A DNA stretch of 63,986 bases, the filler included, from Blastocystis sp. subtype 4 (taxonomy: Eukaryota), in the NCBI RefSeq assembly GCF_000743755.1. It is 3 parts of 3 records of this genome, joined end to end, with 100 filler letters (N's around TTAATTAATTAA, not from the genome) between each part and the next. Parts side by side here need not be neighbours in the genome. Positions count along the whole stretch, not along the records: positions 25,133 to 49,795 come from NW_014569391.1; positions 49,896 to 63,986 come from NW_014569279.1; 1 more part is not named here. One strand, 5' to 3'. Positions 39,839-52,853 of this stretch are shown piece after piece; position 1 is the stretch's first letter, and every line of letters begins with the position of its first letter. The position numbers and the translations under genes were made by a program. The notes under the pieces were generated by a model. It did not search any database. It was not told the origin of the DNA and saw only the letters and a program-made list of their open reading frames with translations.

Positions 39839-41590
39839 TTACATACTAGGCGACAAAGGTGATAAACTTACACTTCGAATGTATTGACGACGATTCGAAA
39901 TATGTCGTTTCAAGGTATCCGATTCTATGCATCATCATTTTCATTCCATCGTTACTTCGGATATATAGTGTTTGCGTATAGTAAAATGAATCATATCCAA
40001 TACAGATGTGTTGGACATTTGGTACTTCTAGATATCATTTCAAGGACATATGATTACGATCAATTGTGACACAATCGATGTGAGAAAAACAATCAATATC
40101 CAAGGAGAACATGGTAAGTGAAGGTAATTCTAGTGATCAATCGTCATCCTCATCCTCACTTCTCATTACCAATTCACTCTCACTTTCATTACAGTGACGC
40201 ATATCGCCTTGAAAAGCACAGCGATTACAGACAATACTTTGCAATGCGGGCAAATCTAAGTAAGATTCATCTCAGAAAGAATACTTTCAAATCGAACAGA
40301 ATGAACACATAAAAATGAGTTACCACCACAATAAAGACATTCCAACATAGGAAAATCACAGATATGTAATTGAGGACAGTACTTAAAACAATAGGACCAT
40401 TGTGAATCATTACCAATATAGAGTGATTTCAGTGTTGGGAGACACCGAATATCACAGACATAATAATCAGCAAAGGATCGATTCCCAATCAGTATCTCTC
40501 TCAGTTGAGGACAGTGTGTGATATACAGAGAACGATAGTTATTCTCATGAATTGTGGAGCCTTCTAGGGAAAAACTCTTGCTTCCAATGACACATCGCTG
40601 GAGTTGTTTCAGACCCGATACAATAACAGTATCACAATTACAAAAACATTCATTTCCGATTGACAGATTTCGCAAACGAACTAGGAATTGTAGATCCAGT
40701 CGTTTCCAGTGATCACTATTGCAACAATGATTTCCAATCACTATATCTTCTACTAACGACGACAGTGATTGGAAAGGAGAACTTTCGCTGATGCTAAGTG
40801 AAGATGAGACTTGAAGTTGATCATCAATCCATTCTCCTTCATAAAGAATCGAGCCATTACGATCAAACACTTGACCATAACCACTCCGTACATTCCAACT
40901 CCAATTACCACAATACATAATTACATCCTCACAGGCAATCTGGTGGTATTCTATTCCGTAACATATCCGAGTTGAACCTGATAGAAAACCACGATAGACA
41001 TGATGATTATCAGCATCGTACAGATCGCCCCAACCAAATGGCTCATTATCCAAAACATCTCCTTCCCAACGATCTCCTTGACAGCTAAGATCTAGGATCT
41101 GATCATGGACAATAAGAGTAAAGGACTCATCATATATTAGTTGACCTTTTCTTACCGTAAATAAGGCCGTAATACACTCTCTGACGGTACTAACGCAGAT
41201 TATACATCCTTCACTAGGATAGGAGGTGTACTTGAAGACGATCACAGTATCCTCAAAAGTAGCAAGATAAGAGAGCGGGACAATTCTGGAACATATAGTA
41301 TAGTACAGTTTGGCATTATAGAATTTAGATAAAAAGAATAGTAGACTGAATTGTTGCGGATCCATATTTCCTTTTGACACGAATGCAAGATATTCTCTAT
41401 ACCATTCAGGCATTAACGATGATGATCTGGGCTGTAACATAAGATAATTGAAAACTGAAGGAAAACATTTCGAAACAACTACTCCCGCGGTTATATGTTG
41501 GTAGTATCCATGAGAAGAGTTTTCCTTATTTACTCTTTTTAAATTCGAATCTGCAGATGTTATCCTTCTGCACTCGTCGTTATGTTGCAT
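39839..41590 (-). CDS. MORN-repeat plus leucine-rich-repeat protein
   Basis: WEGDVLDNEPFGWG, YCGNWSWNVRSGYG, YEGEW; repeats of the type LRNLSIGNECF; start may be ATG at 41440. Confidence 0.75.
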
Positions 41591-42984
41591 TATGTCGTTC
41601 TCCACTTGTAAGAGCTCTACCCATTTCTGATGTAAAGATTGGAAGAGCTTTTATGGTTCGTACTTTTAGTGAGACGGCATGCCAAAAAGCTGAGAAGGAG
41701 ATGATGACGGCATTCCAAGAAGTCTTGCTTTTTTGTACCGTTTTTATCGGTAGATGAAGCAAGCAGAGGTCCTTATGCAACGCCGTGCATTTACAGAAGC
41801 CGACCAATTGTATTCGCGCGTGAACGAGATTGTCAGTTCCTTTAGCCCTGCAAACAGTCCTATGATTGATGTTATTAATCGAAAGTGAAGTATCATGGTT
41901 GCAGATGATGAATAGAAGACTTGAACTGCATTACAACTCAAATAAGCCAAAAGATATCACAGAGCTTCTCAAAATCATGCAGACAATGAAACAGAATATT
42001 GACTCGCGAAACGATAAGGACGAAGCCTTGATTGAGCGTGTTACTTTTGCAAATATTGCTCTTCATATTGGAAAGACGGAAGAAAGTGGAATCTATTGCA
42101 GAGAAGTTGGAATAGAGATGTGACTTGATCCTAGCTTGATTCTCTGTGTAGTGGTCAGAATTCTACTCTTTGCCTCTCTGCAATGCTTCTATCGACACTT
42201 CAACAACATTTGATGGGCAAAGAGAGGATGTATGATTCTTGTTTGAAGGTTTGTCTGTAATGTATAATTCATTGTAGTTGAAGGATATAGCATCATATCA
42301 AGGACGATTCTGGCAACTTGCTGTTCTTAATAACACCCTTGGCATGATGTGGGATGATGAAGCTCCAAAAGACGATGCTGTGAGTATTTGCAAGGAAATT
42401 AAACGTGTGGCTGAAGAGATGGATGCTGCGAATGAGATTTCAAAGGATAATTCTGATTCAGTTCGTCAGATGTTGAATAACTCAGGAGCCTATTTGCTCT
42501 TCCAAAATAATGTACCATTTGCAAATTGTTCTGAGAATAGGTGGAAGAAGGAGGAGCTGTCTTGAAGTATTCGTTGCAATTATCGGATAAACTTGGGATT
42601 GATATCAATCAGAACGTATTTCAATGATTCAACCCTAATACGTAGATTCACAGCAGTAACACACTGGCCATGATGGGATCCATTTTATTGAAGGAAGATC
42701 AACCTGTAACATGTGAAGGGTTGTATTTACAGGCACTTGAAGTATTCCAGAAGAGGGAAAAGATGCTGACTTTGGCTGGTTTCTCACGTCCCGAATTGTT
42801 CGATTATTCCAAAGCATGTGATGGCTATGCTCAGCTGCTGGTGAAGTGGGATAAACGAGAGCGACTGGGTGAGACGTATCAGCAGAAGGCTGCTGAGTTG
42901 TTGATGAAGATGAGTGAGGAGGCAGATTGGATGTTCCCTCTGACGTCTCGTTTCTGGACCCCTGCCTTGTTTAAATGGAATTGA
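41557..42984 (+). CDS. Organelle-targeted helical (TPR-like) hypothetical protein
   Basis: Arg-rich presequence MLSFCTRRYVALCRSPLVR; helical repeats; TGA followed by TGTTTGTT. Confidence 0.6.
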
Positions 42985-43023
42985 TGTGTTTGTTTCTATA
43001 CTGGGGTTCATATTCGTTTACTC

Positions 43024-45297
43024 ATGTTCGCCAAGTTTATCAAACCCCGATTTAATATCTCAGCAGCGGAAGTGAAGAGACTCGCTGAAGAATTCGTACG
43101 TTTCTCTGTGTAGCATTGAACTTCAGGTTAGCAATGCTAAGAAGGTCGATAAGGAGATTATCTCTATTCCAAGGGACCAGAGGACATTCCAGAATACGAT
43201 CAAACCTCTTCTTCTTCTGGACCATAACAGCCAAGGAGCCAGTAGGAACTTGAATAGGCGTAGCAATACTAGTTGGATCTGTTGGAACGCTGAAGAATGT
43301 GGCTACCCAGAAAGATGTTCGTGATGCAGCAAATGACGGTTGTGTGCTTATCAGTCAAAGTAGTCTCGCTCGATACCTCCAACATGATCTGTACAATGCT
43401 CTTTCGGAGTTCGACGGTACGATAACAGGGTTTGGCCTAATTCTAGAGGATCGCAGAAAGCGTGAGGAAAAGTATGACAGTGATATTGAGAAGTATATCA
43501 GTGATTTTCTGAAGCAAATGAGGTTATTGTTGTCTTGTTTCTTCATCTTTAGACGAAGTGGAGCTCATTTGTCATCTGAGAAACGATCTGCTTATGAGGG
43601 TGTGATGAAAAAGATCATCGAAAACGAAAACGAATTTAGTAAGAATTTGGCAGAAGAGAAGACTGAACTCCGATTTACGAAGGAACAACTGGCTGGTGTT
43701 TGTGAAAACACTCTTGCCACATTAGGAAGAGATGGTGATATGTACATCGTAACAATGAAGTATCCGGACGTATTCCCTGTTTTGGAGACATGCTCGGTGT
43801 CAGAAACACGCAGACAAGTATTTACAGCCTTTGGAAAACGAGGTGGACAGAAGAATCTCGATCTCCTTGAAGATACGCTGAAACTCCGTAAAGAAGCTGT
43901 TTCAATTCTTGGGTATATCTTTTATTCCATTTTCATGTAGATATCCAAACTTCCCTACGTATGCTTTAGAGAATACGATGGCTCAGACACCTGAGAATAT
44001 TCGGAATTTCCTATTTGATCTACGCAGCAAGCTGGAAGAGAGTGGTAAGAAGGAATTGAAGATGCTTCTCGATTACAAACATGAATGTGGAGAAGAAGGT
44101 CCTTTAGAAGCCTGGGACTTTAGTTATTATATGAACAAGCTGAAGGAAAAGCTGTATCATGTTAGATTGAGGAATCAAGTTGATTCATAGGTCGATGTTG
44201 ATTTGGTGAAGGAGTATTTCCCAACAGAACATGTGATATCGGAGATGATGAAGATTTATCAAGAAATATTTGGGTTTGTTTTCAAGGAGTAGGACTAATG
44301 GATTCGGTGGATGTGTAGAATTGACTATGAAGATCGATGGTACAAAGACGTGAAAAGTTATAGTGTTTATACGAAGGAAGGCAAACTTCAGGGCATTTTC
44401 TTCTTGGATCTTTATCCTCGTGAGGGTAAATACACTCATGCTTGTTGTGAGAATATCCAGAATTCATCGATTATTGACGGCGATCATGCTGTATTGATCG
44501 AATCTCCATCTTACTTGTAGTTACCTGTGGCATGCATGATCTGCAACTTCCCTCCTTCAACTGCTGAAATACCTTCAACAATTTCTCATGACGATGTTAA
44601 CACTTTATTCCATGAGTTTGGACACCTCATTCACGTGATGTGCAATGATCAGCGAATTTGCTCCTTTGGATCGTTCTGTGAAGAAACTGACTTTGTTGAA
44701 ACTCCATCACAAGTAGTTCTGGGACAATGGATCATAGCATAGTTGATGGAACAGTGGACTTGGCAGAAACCTGTGTTACAACGTCTTTCACACCACTTCA
44801 AGACGGGAGAACCATTACCTGATGCTTTGATTGATAATTTAATCAATTCCAAGAATCACTGTTCTGCTTTGTTCAACCTGCGCCAACTGTCTTTTGGCAT
44901 TTTTGACTACAAAGTTCACTCAGAAGAGTTAACGGAACCAGTTCTGAATGTGGTGGATTTGTGAGGGTATGATGTGTAGGTGTATCAGAAGGTACTCAAA
45001 GAGGTGTCTCTTCGTCCTGTAATTGCAGACTCTTATGGTCCTGCATCTTTTGGTCACATCATGTCACCAATGTATGCCTGTGGCTACTACAGTTATCTGT
45101 GGTCTCTTGTCTACTCGTGTGATATCTTCTCCGTATTCAAAGAGAAAGGAATCTACAATTCTAAGGAGGGAACCGCTCTTCGAGAGAAGATCTTGAGTAA
45201 GGGTTCTTCTGAGAAGGCTTCTGTTCTTTTGAAAAACTTCTTACAGCGAGAACCGAAGATGGATGCCTTCTTGGAGGAAATGGGTCTCAAGCAGTGA
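43024..45297 (+). CDS. Thimet oligopeptidase / neurolysin, peptidase M3A
   Basis: FLDLYPREGKYTHA, TLFHEFGHLIH, DFVETPSQ, GYYSYLWS. Confidence 0.94.
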
Positions 45298-45347
45298 ATT
45301 GTTTGTTGGCAACAAAAAATGCATATCCCTTTACAGCAACTGTTCGT

Positions 45348-45905
45348 TTACCAGATGGAACTGGCCGAAGAAGCGATCTTTGGCCAAAGATCAGCAGCCT
45401 CCTTTGCTACAGGTCCAGTAATACCAGATCCCTTCATTTCACCCTTGGGGTTAACAATCACACCAGCATTGTCTATTCATCAATCCTATCAATCAAAATC
45501 CACCCTCAAAATAGAGATAGACTCCATTCTTTCTTCTCCAGCTCTTTCTCTGTCTCACCACGACAGCAGGCATAACTATGGAATCAGAGAAAGTCCCAAC
45601 AGCAACTTACCCTTCTTACGGAGTTCAGGCTTTCCCTTCTTCACAGAGGCAATGAACATATCGCCAGCAGCTAGATATAATACTTTCCTATCCGAACTCA
45701 CAAGCAGCAGGCAATCTGTTGAGACGAGCACCAGTACGAGTAACAGAAATCACATACAGGTTCTTGGCACCAGTATTATCAGCACAGTTGATCACAGCAC
45801 CTGTAGGAAGACCGAGAGTCATTCGGAACTTGTTTCCAGTAGCACCTCCACGTCCTATACATCAAACTACATCCATCAAACCATACCACGTTTAGCAGCA
45901 GCCAT
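45348..45905 (-). CDS. RPL23: 60S ribosomal protein L23/uL14
   Basis: [19 protein letters not shown]...[22 protein letters not shown]. Confidence 0.96.
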
Positions 45906-46018
45906 TCTTGGGATAATGTGAACAAAACCAACGATACTGCTTTAGTTCTCAAACAAACAAATAAATGCAACCGTATGGCTCCACATACATAAGATACATA
46001 TAGAACAAGACAAAGATA

Positions 46019-47554
46019 TTAAATAGAAACAGCATCCTCTTCCTTAGGGACAAGAGGAAGTTCATTCATATCCAACATCAATCGATATAGTGGCAAGCGA
46101 TTCAAATTCCTCGCAACAGAAGGAACATGGCGTAATGGCTGATCACAAGATCTACTCTCAATCACCAAATCCATTCCTACAGAGAAGACTGACTAGGTAA
46201 CAGACGAATGTGTAAGGTTCTCCCAAATGTTTTGGGGAATGCCTGTACAATAGTCGAGTCAGAATCACACTTGAGAGACTGAACGAATCTACGTTCACAC
46301 ACAATCCACAGACATACTTCTGGAATTCCTCCAAAGTGACTCGATTCCGTCCATCACAAAATGAAGCGAATAGAATGCACAACTGGTTGATAGTACAGGT
46401 GACTCCTCGAGATGAGAAGTACTCTGCTAAGTCACTTAGATACACATATCCTTCTCGATCCTGTAATTCTTTGAAAATTACTACAAATCAAATCCCTTCT
46501 CTACTAATCACCATTTGAATTACCAAAGATCTGTACTATACATAACCGGAGTTTCTCCTTCAACTTCTCCTGTTCATTTTCATCGAAATGAACGAGGCGT
46601 GGTCGACGTTTGGGGCTTCCATCCAACGCGTCACATACATTCTCCAACTCATCTGTTGATGAGCGCTTTAACGAGAATGGTATGTCAATATCTGAGGAAA
46701 ACTCAGTCCAAGAATGAAGAAAGCGAAGATAGTTAACAGATTCTCCTTCCATGAATCTTCTTATCATTCTTCTTCACTTCATCCTACCCAGAAAACACAA
46801 GAGCGAATTCAGTATCAGTTAAGGAAATTCCGTAACTGCTGAGGCCCTTCCGCAACGATTTCTCATCAAGAACTCCAAGCTTCTCTGAATCGAGTTCAGA
46901 GAACACATCAAGAGGTGTTTTTCCTGATCGTTTCAACGTCTGCATTACAATCTCGGTGAGATTAAGCTTTGTTTCATAATCGTATTTCACATTCTATACA
47001 TCAGACCATCCTTATCAAATCTACTTTTTCTTCCAAAGGAGGATCAAGAAAGAGACTTTGAGACTCAAGAGTACACAACCCCTCTTCTTGAAATACTGTT
47101 GTTGGTGATAAGGATAAACCAATCCCACGACCATGAGTAGTCGAAAGAAGATAATCTATCCATGATAGCAAAGAACAAAGACACACCCTCCTTACGCGCT
47201 GAATTCTCAATAAATACTTCCGATGCACTTCCCTAAACACATAAATATCTTCAATCTAAGAAACATACTATCAAATTCCCTAAAGGTGACATCGAATTTG
47301 TCACTTCTTTTGCTACAGCCTTCATAAAACTCCAAAGAAATGATAATTCTTATCACTCTTTTACCTCAAAGGGAATTAATGAAGAATAGGGAAGAGGGGA
47401 AACAATTTAAAGTAGAAACAGTAGTAGTCAATATTATTGGATGCACTCTTTCCACTTTTATTATCAACATTCCGAATGCGCGAATCCTTAGATACGACTG
47501 TACGTATGAATCATCAAAAGCGATGCTAGTTATATGGGAATGCATTTTGTACAT
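46019..47554 (-). CDS. EF-hand-containing protein
   Basis: VFSELDSEKLGVLDEKSL, FCDGRNRVTLEEF; start uncertain. Confidence 0.55.
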
Positions 47555-47614
47555 CCCGAATTCACATAATGGGGATCCCCAATATTAGACATTGTGATTG
47601 GATAACTGAACTAA

Positions 47615-48098
47615 ATGTCTCTTCTTGTTCGAGTTGGACGGTGCATTTCTGCAGCAAATGCAATTATGCCGCAAGGTGAGGAGTTCGATCATGATTTGAT
47701 GTCAATAGTGCTTTGTCGGTTTGCACACAACCAATCAGGAGGAAAAACATTAAATGGTCGTGATTCAAATCCTAAATATCGTGGAGTCAAGAAATACGGC
47801 GGGTAGGGAGAGTTTGGTATCTACCAGGTTTAGAGAGAAAGTGATTCCTGGAAACATTATTGTGAGACAAAAGGGAACGAAGTTCCATGCTGGTATGTTC
47901 TTTCGAGTGGAAAGTGAGAAAGTAGGTGCTGGTGTGGGTGTTGGACGTGATTGGACACTCTTTGCGTTACAAGAGGGATATGTTCATTTTACGTGGAATC
48001 CATTTAGTAAGAAGCAGACGATTTCTGTTATCGATAAACCAATGCCTACTACAGTGATCCGAGATCCAAAGAGTGTTCCAAGGAGGATTTATGAGTGA
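47615..48098 (+). CDS. MRPL27: Mitochondrial ribosomal protein bL27m
   Basis: [54 protein letters not shown]. Confidence 0.92.
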
Positions 48099-48108
48099 TT
48101 TAGTCTTA

Positions 48109-48123
48109 TGTTTGTAACAAACA
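48109..48123. terminator. Palindromic bidirectional polyadenylation element TGTTTGT-A-ACAAACA
   Basis: Lies between convergent MRPL27 and EIF3D. Confidence 0.75.
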
Positions 48124-48131
48124 GTTTACCC

Positions 48132-49795
48132 TTAGTTTTCCTCTGAATACTCTTCATCTCCTTCATTCTCACTGTCGTCATATTCATCATATTCATCGTC
48201 ATACTCACCAGAGTATGAATCTGAAACATCACTCTCAATCACCTCTTCATCAGGTACTCGATACACACGAATCAATCCCTTCATTGGATCCTTTAAGAAG
48301 ACATAATGTCCATCCTCTTGCTTGCTAATCAGTTTCACAAAGTGCTCCACCACAGCCCACATATTCTTCTCATTCAGCATCATTTGCTTCGTAAACACAT
48401 CCAGAGAGAAGCTCTGAACACCTAGAATCACATGACCTAAATCACTACATCTCATGGTCTCTTCTCACACTTACATTGATTTCATAATTCGACGTGATAC
48501 CAAACCCAGTTTCACCACATCCACACCAGCTAACATAGCTTGAACGCCCCACTTCGACAGACGGAAATGATTATTCTTCATATCCTCAGTCAGCGGATAT
48601 CCACTCTACATTCACACTTATTCATCACATCTACGAGGTTGATAAGTTTCTGTCTCCAACGATTCGCTGGTGGTGTTCGATCACACCATTCATTAATGGC
48701 ATACATCTGAAGCAACAATCCCTTCTCTTCCTTCTCCTTCTCAGTCTGCTTCTTCTCATCACGAATTTGCTCACCATGCACTTCTGTTCGTACCAACATC
48801 ACCGAACCATCACTCAAACCAAACTTCCGATAACGATACATTCGATGGAGTTTCTCTGGAATATTCTGAGCATTCGGATCGAATGGTGAAGGGAACTTGC
48901 AGGTCTTAATTGGTTCACCCACCACCTGCTTCACGAAGTCACGATTGATGGATGTTACCTCCTTCCTATCTCTTATATTCTCTTCTCACACTCACCTCAA
49001 ACAATTGTCCTTATTCTCCTCCTCTGTTGGCATATCTACAGAAGTCTCATTCACAGTGTACTGATCAAACACACCCGGTCGATGTGAGATGAAGATTCCT
49101 CGACTGTCCTTCACCACTTCCAGATCCCTAGTCATCACTCATCCTTCTATCTCCTACCAGGACAGCTGAGAACGTGTTGCCACCATCAGATGAGCGAGAG
49201 CCACATCAGTTGTGTACACATTCGCTACATTACTTGAAGACACTTGCTCCACGAATGGATCCTTTTCCACCGATACAAACGATAACTCACCGCTTTCCTC
49301 GTAACTGTTCAGAACAACAGGCTTCTGGACAGAAATGCGGTCATAGGAGTTGATGTATCGCTCATAGCTTCCACATTCCGCTCTACACTCACACATCCTC
49401 TTCATTCTTACAGAGTGCTTGCAGTTGGAATTGTCTTGGTAGACAGCTTTGCCAAGTCGCTGAAGTCAATCTGACACACACTTGTCCACGAAGACTTGAT
49501 CTACTCTCAACACCCCTTTCTACACCTACAGCAACGGAAGGAATGTGGAAAATATCATAATTACGTCTCTGACTCACGCCAGGTGTCTTCTTCTGTAATG
49601 AGCGTGTCTTATCCTTCTGGTTCCAAGTATTCGTATTTGTGTTACTGTAACGAGCTGTCTTTGTATGAAGAACTAAACATCAGATTCCCTCACCAATCTT
49701 ACGTTTCGTCTTGTGAGGTCCAGAGGAACGGGTGTTATCAACAACCGTGAAAGAACTGTCCTCTTCATCACCAAGAAGTCCTCGAAATCATAAAA
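48132..49795 (-). CDS. EIF3D: Translation initiation factor eIF3 subunit D (5' end in gap)
   Basis: TTDVALAHLMVATRSQLSW, YRYRKF, VRTEVH, NEW, FLKDPMKGLIRVYRVP. Confidence 0.88.
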
Positions 49796-49895
49796 NNNNN
49801 NNNNNNNNNNNNNNNNNNNNNNNNNNNNNNNNNNNNNNNTTAATTAATTAANNNNNNNNNNNNNNNNNNNNNNNNNNNNNNNNNNNNNNNNNNNN

Positions 49896-51217
49896 GATCA
49901 CTACTATGGAGTCCAGACCATGCGTGGTTACAACAGCTACGATATCACCGGAAAGAGACTGTATGACTTCCCCAACTACATCAAGGCCTACGGTATGGTG
50001 AAGAAGGCTGCCATCACTGCCAACAACCAGCTGGGTCTGGTCCCCGATGACAAGGCTAACGCTGTGAAGCAGGCTTGCGATGAAGTCATTTCTGGAAAGT
50101 GGAACAGCGAGTTCATCGTTGATATGATTCAGGGAGGAGCTGGTACTTCGACCAACATGAACACGAACGAGGTTATCACCAACCGTGCTCTTGAGATCAT
50201 GGGACACAAGAGAGGTGACTACGAGTTCATCAGCCCCAACGATATTGTGAACAAGTGTCAGTCCACTAACGATACCTATCCTAGCTCTGCTAAGTTGGGT
50301 ATGTATCTGGACCACTTCGCTCTTGTGGAGCAGATGCAGCTGTTGGTCAATGCTTTCGAGAAGAAGGCTGTTGAGTTCAAGGATGTGATGAAGATGGGTC
50401 GTACTCAGCTTCAGGATGCTGTGCCCATGACTCTGGGACAGGAGTTCCATGCCTATGCCACTACTCTTCAGGAGGATGTGGATCTGGTGAAGGAGGCTGC
50501 TAAGGTGTTCCTGACTGTGAATCTGGGAGGTACTGCTATTGGTACTGGAACTGCTGCTCATCCTGATTACTCTGCTGCTGCTGTGAAGGCTCTGCGTGAG
50601 ATCACTGGATTCGATATCAAGATCGCTCCCGATCTGATTAATGCTTCTTCCAACACCTCTGGTATGCTCTACTTCTCTGGAGTGTTGAGACGTTGCGCTG
50701 TGAAGCTGTCTCAGATCTGCAATGATCTGCGTCTGATGGCTTCTGGTCCTCGTTGCGGTCTCCATGAGATCAACCTGCCTCCTCGTGCTCCTGGTAGCTC
50801 TATNNNNNNNNNNNNNNNNNNNNNNNNNNNNNNNNNNNNNNNNNNNNNTGCAGTCTTGCTTCTGAGGCTGGTCAGCTGGAGCTGAATGTGATGGAGCCTG
50901 TGTTGATCTACAACGTGTTCAACAACATCAACATGTTCACTCGCGCCACCAAGACTCTCCGTACTCTGTGTGTTGATGGAATTACCGCTGATAAGGCTCA
51001 GTGCGAGAAGCTTCTCCACAACTCCATTGGTATTGTTACTGGTCTGCTTCCTTACATTGGCTACAAGAAGTGCTCTACTGCTGCTAAGATTGCTAACCAG
51101 ACTGGCAAGTCCATTAAGGATGTCCTTGTTGAGCAGGGATACTGTACCAAGCAGGAGGTCGATGAGCTTCTTGTCCCTGAGAAGATGACTAAGCCCAACT
51201 ACATGACCAAGAAGTAA
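49896..51217 (+). CDS. aspA: Aspartate ammonia-lyase (aspartase), 5' end and signature loop in gaps
   Basis: YYGVQTMR, QGGAGTSTNMNTNEV, QSTNDTYP, KMGRTQLQDAVPMTLGQEF, SGPRCG, PGSS, GQLELNVMEP. Confidence 0.9.
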
Positions 51218-51300
51218 ACGTAATCGGACTCTGTAGAATGGATTGTTTGTTGTTATTACCGTTTTGAATGATCATTCGCACTTTGGTTTCCATTTCTTCA

Positions 51301-52828
51301 ATGGCTGGTTGGGGATGTTTATACGTATGTAATTCACAGAAATATCGAAATCCCAGTTGCAAGAAGACATTACTGCAATTCTGAAGGAGGCGAATTTGGA
51401 TGTTTTAACCAGAAAGAATGTCCAGCAGATGTTAGAGGCAAAATATGGAGTAAAGAAGAAGGATAATAATGAGATGTAGTGTAATATGAAGCCGTATCGG
51501 TCGGATATCAAGGCAATTATTGCAGAGTACTTGATAAGTCTAGAGAATAGGGCTGAAAACAAAAAACCAGTATGAGTGACATGAGACAGTGATTGTTAGG
51601 AATCTCCTCAGAAGAAGGAGACAAAGAAAACAGAGACAAAGAAAAAAAAGAAAGAGAAACCGAAGAGTGAGGGTTCGAGTGCTTCTGAACGTACTCTTCC
51701 ACAGTCTTCGGATTCGCCAAATGATGAAAGTTCGTTATCTGATGTATCAGAAGAAACTACGGGATCATCTCCAAAGATGCAGCGGAAGAAAACGTATACA
51801 GCTGATTCTGTACTTGCACAAATTATTGGAAATGAAGCGATGACAAGAAGCGATGTACTGACAATCCTTGATTAACAACTAGGCTCTACGCAAGTTTTAT
51901 GAATATGCAAATGAACACAATTTGAAGAGTAATAGATTGATTCAATGTGATGCGAATTTGCTTGCTCTCACAGAAAAGGATGAAATTCATTTCAACGAGG
52001 TTATGATATCCTTTTATTCAGAATGCATGTGTTTTCTTGATGAAAGGGAATCGTGTCGACTCATTTGAAAGAGGTGGGTACCACATTGGTCGCAACGAAA
52101 CCCAGAAAACACGCCAAAGACACAAAGATTGTAATAATGGTGAAGCTATCTCCAGAACTGGCAAGTGTCACCGGAGTTGATCGTTGTGAGCGTACTAAAG
52201 TGTCTCGCTATTTATGGAACTATATAAAGGAAAAGAAACTTCAGGATCCTTCTGATGGTCGAAGAATTCTTTGTGATGAAAAGCTGAAATTGGTGATGGG
52301 AAACAGTTCGATCTCGATGTTCGAGATGGCTGTTCGTGTTATAGAGATATCTGATACCTAGAAATTGATTCAGAAACATATGACAGTGGATGGAAAAGAA
52401 GAGGTAAGTATCGATCCCAAGGATATCAAGAAACGGAAGGAAAAAAAGGAAAAAAAGGAAAGGAAAAGAAAAGAAACGACAGAATGTAGGAATGACTGGC
52501 TTCCATAAGATGATAGCGGAGAAGAAGGGAGGATTTCAACAAGAATATCATATTGATGAGGCTCTTGCTGCATTTATCGGGAAAGATTCATGTAGTCGAG
52601 TTGAAGTAGGAATGATCTATGATTGTGACACTGTAGTATACTAAAGCTATATGGGACTATATCAAGGCTCATGTAGGAATCGAAGATGGTAATAATTAAT
52701 AGAACCTTCAGAATCCAGAGAATAAAAGAGAGATTCTCTGTGATACTAAACTGAAAACGGTTCTTCAGGCAGATCAAATCAATATGTTTCACATAGCAAA
52801 GAAGTTTAAGGATCACATGAAAGAGTGA
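51301..52828 (+). CDS. DEK-C plus SWIB/MDM2 protein (UAF30/Spp27-like)
   Basis: ILKEANLDVLTRKNVQQML; LSPELASVTG...LWNYIKEKKLQDPSDGRRILCDEKL; about three SWIB units. Confidence 0.82.
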
Positions 52829-52853
52829 GGTTTTTGTTATAAACAAGTTAATT

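Noticed and set aside
45319..45921. 200-aa + ORF
   Set aside because: Antisense to spliced RPL23
49848..50765. 305-aa ORF antisense to aspA
   Set aside because: Expected by-product of strong codon bias
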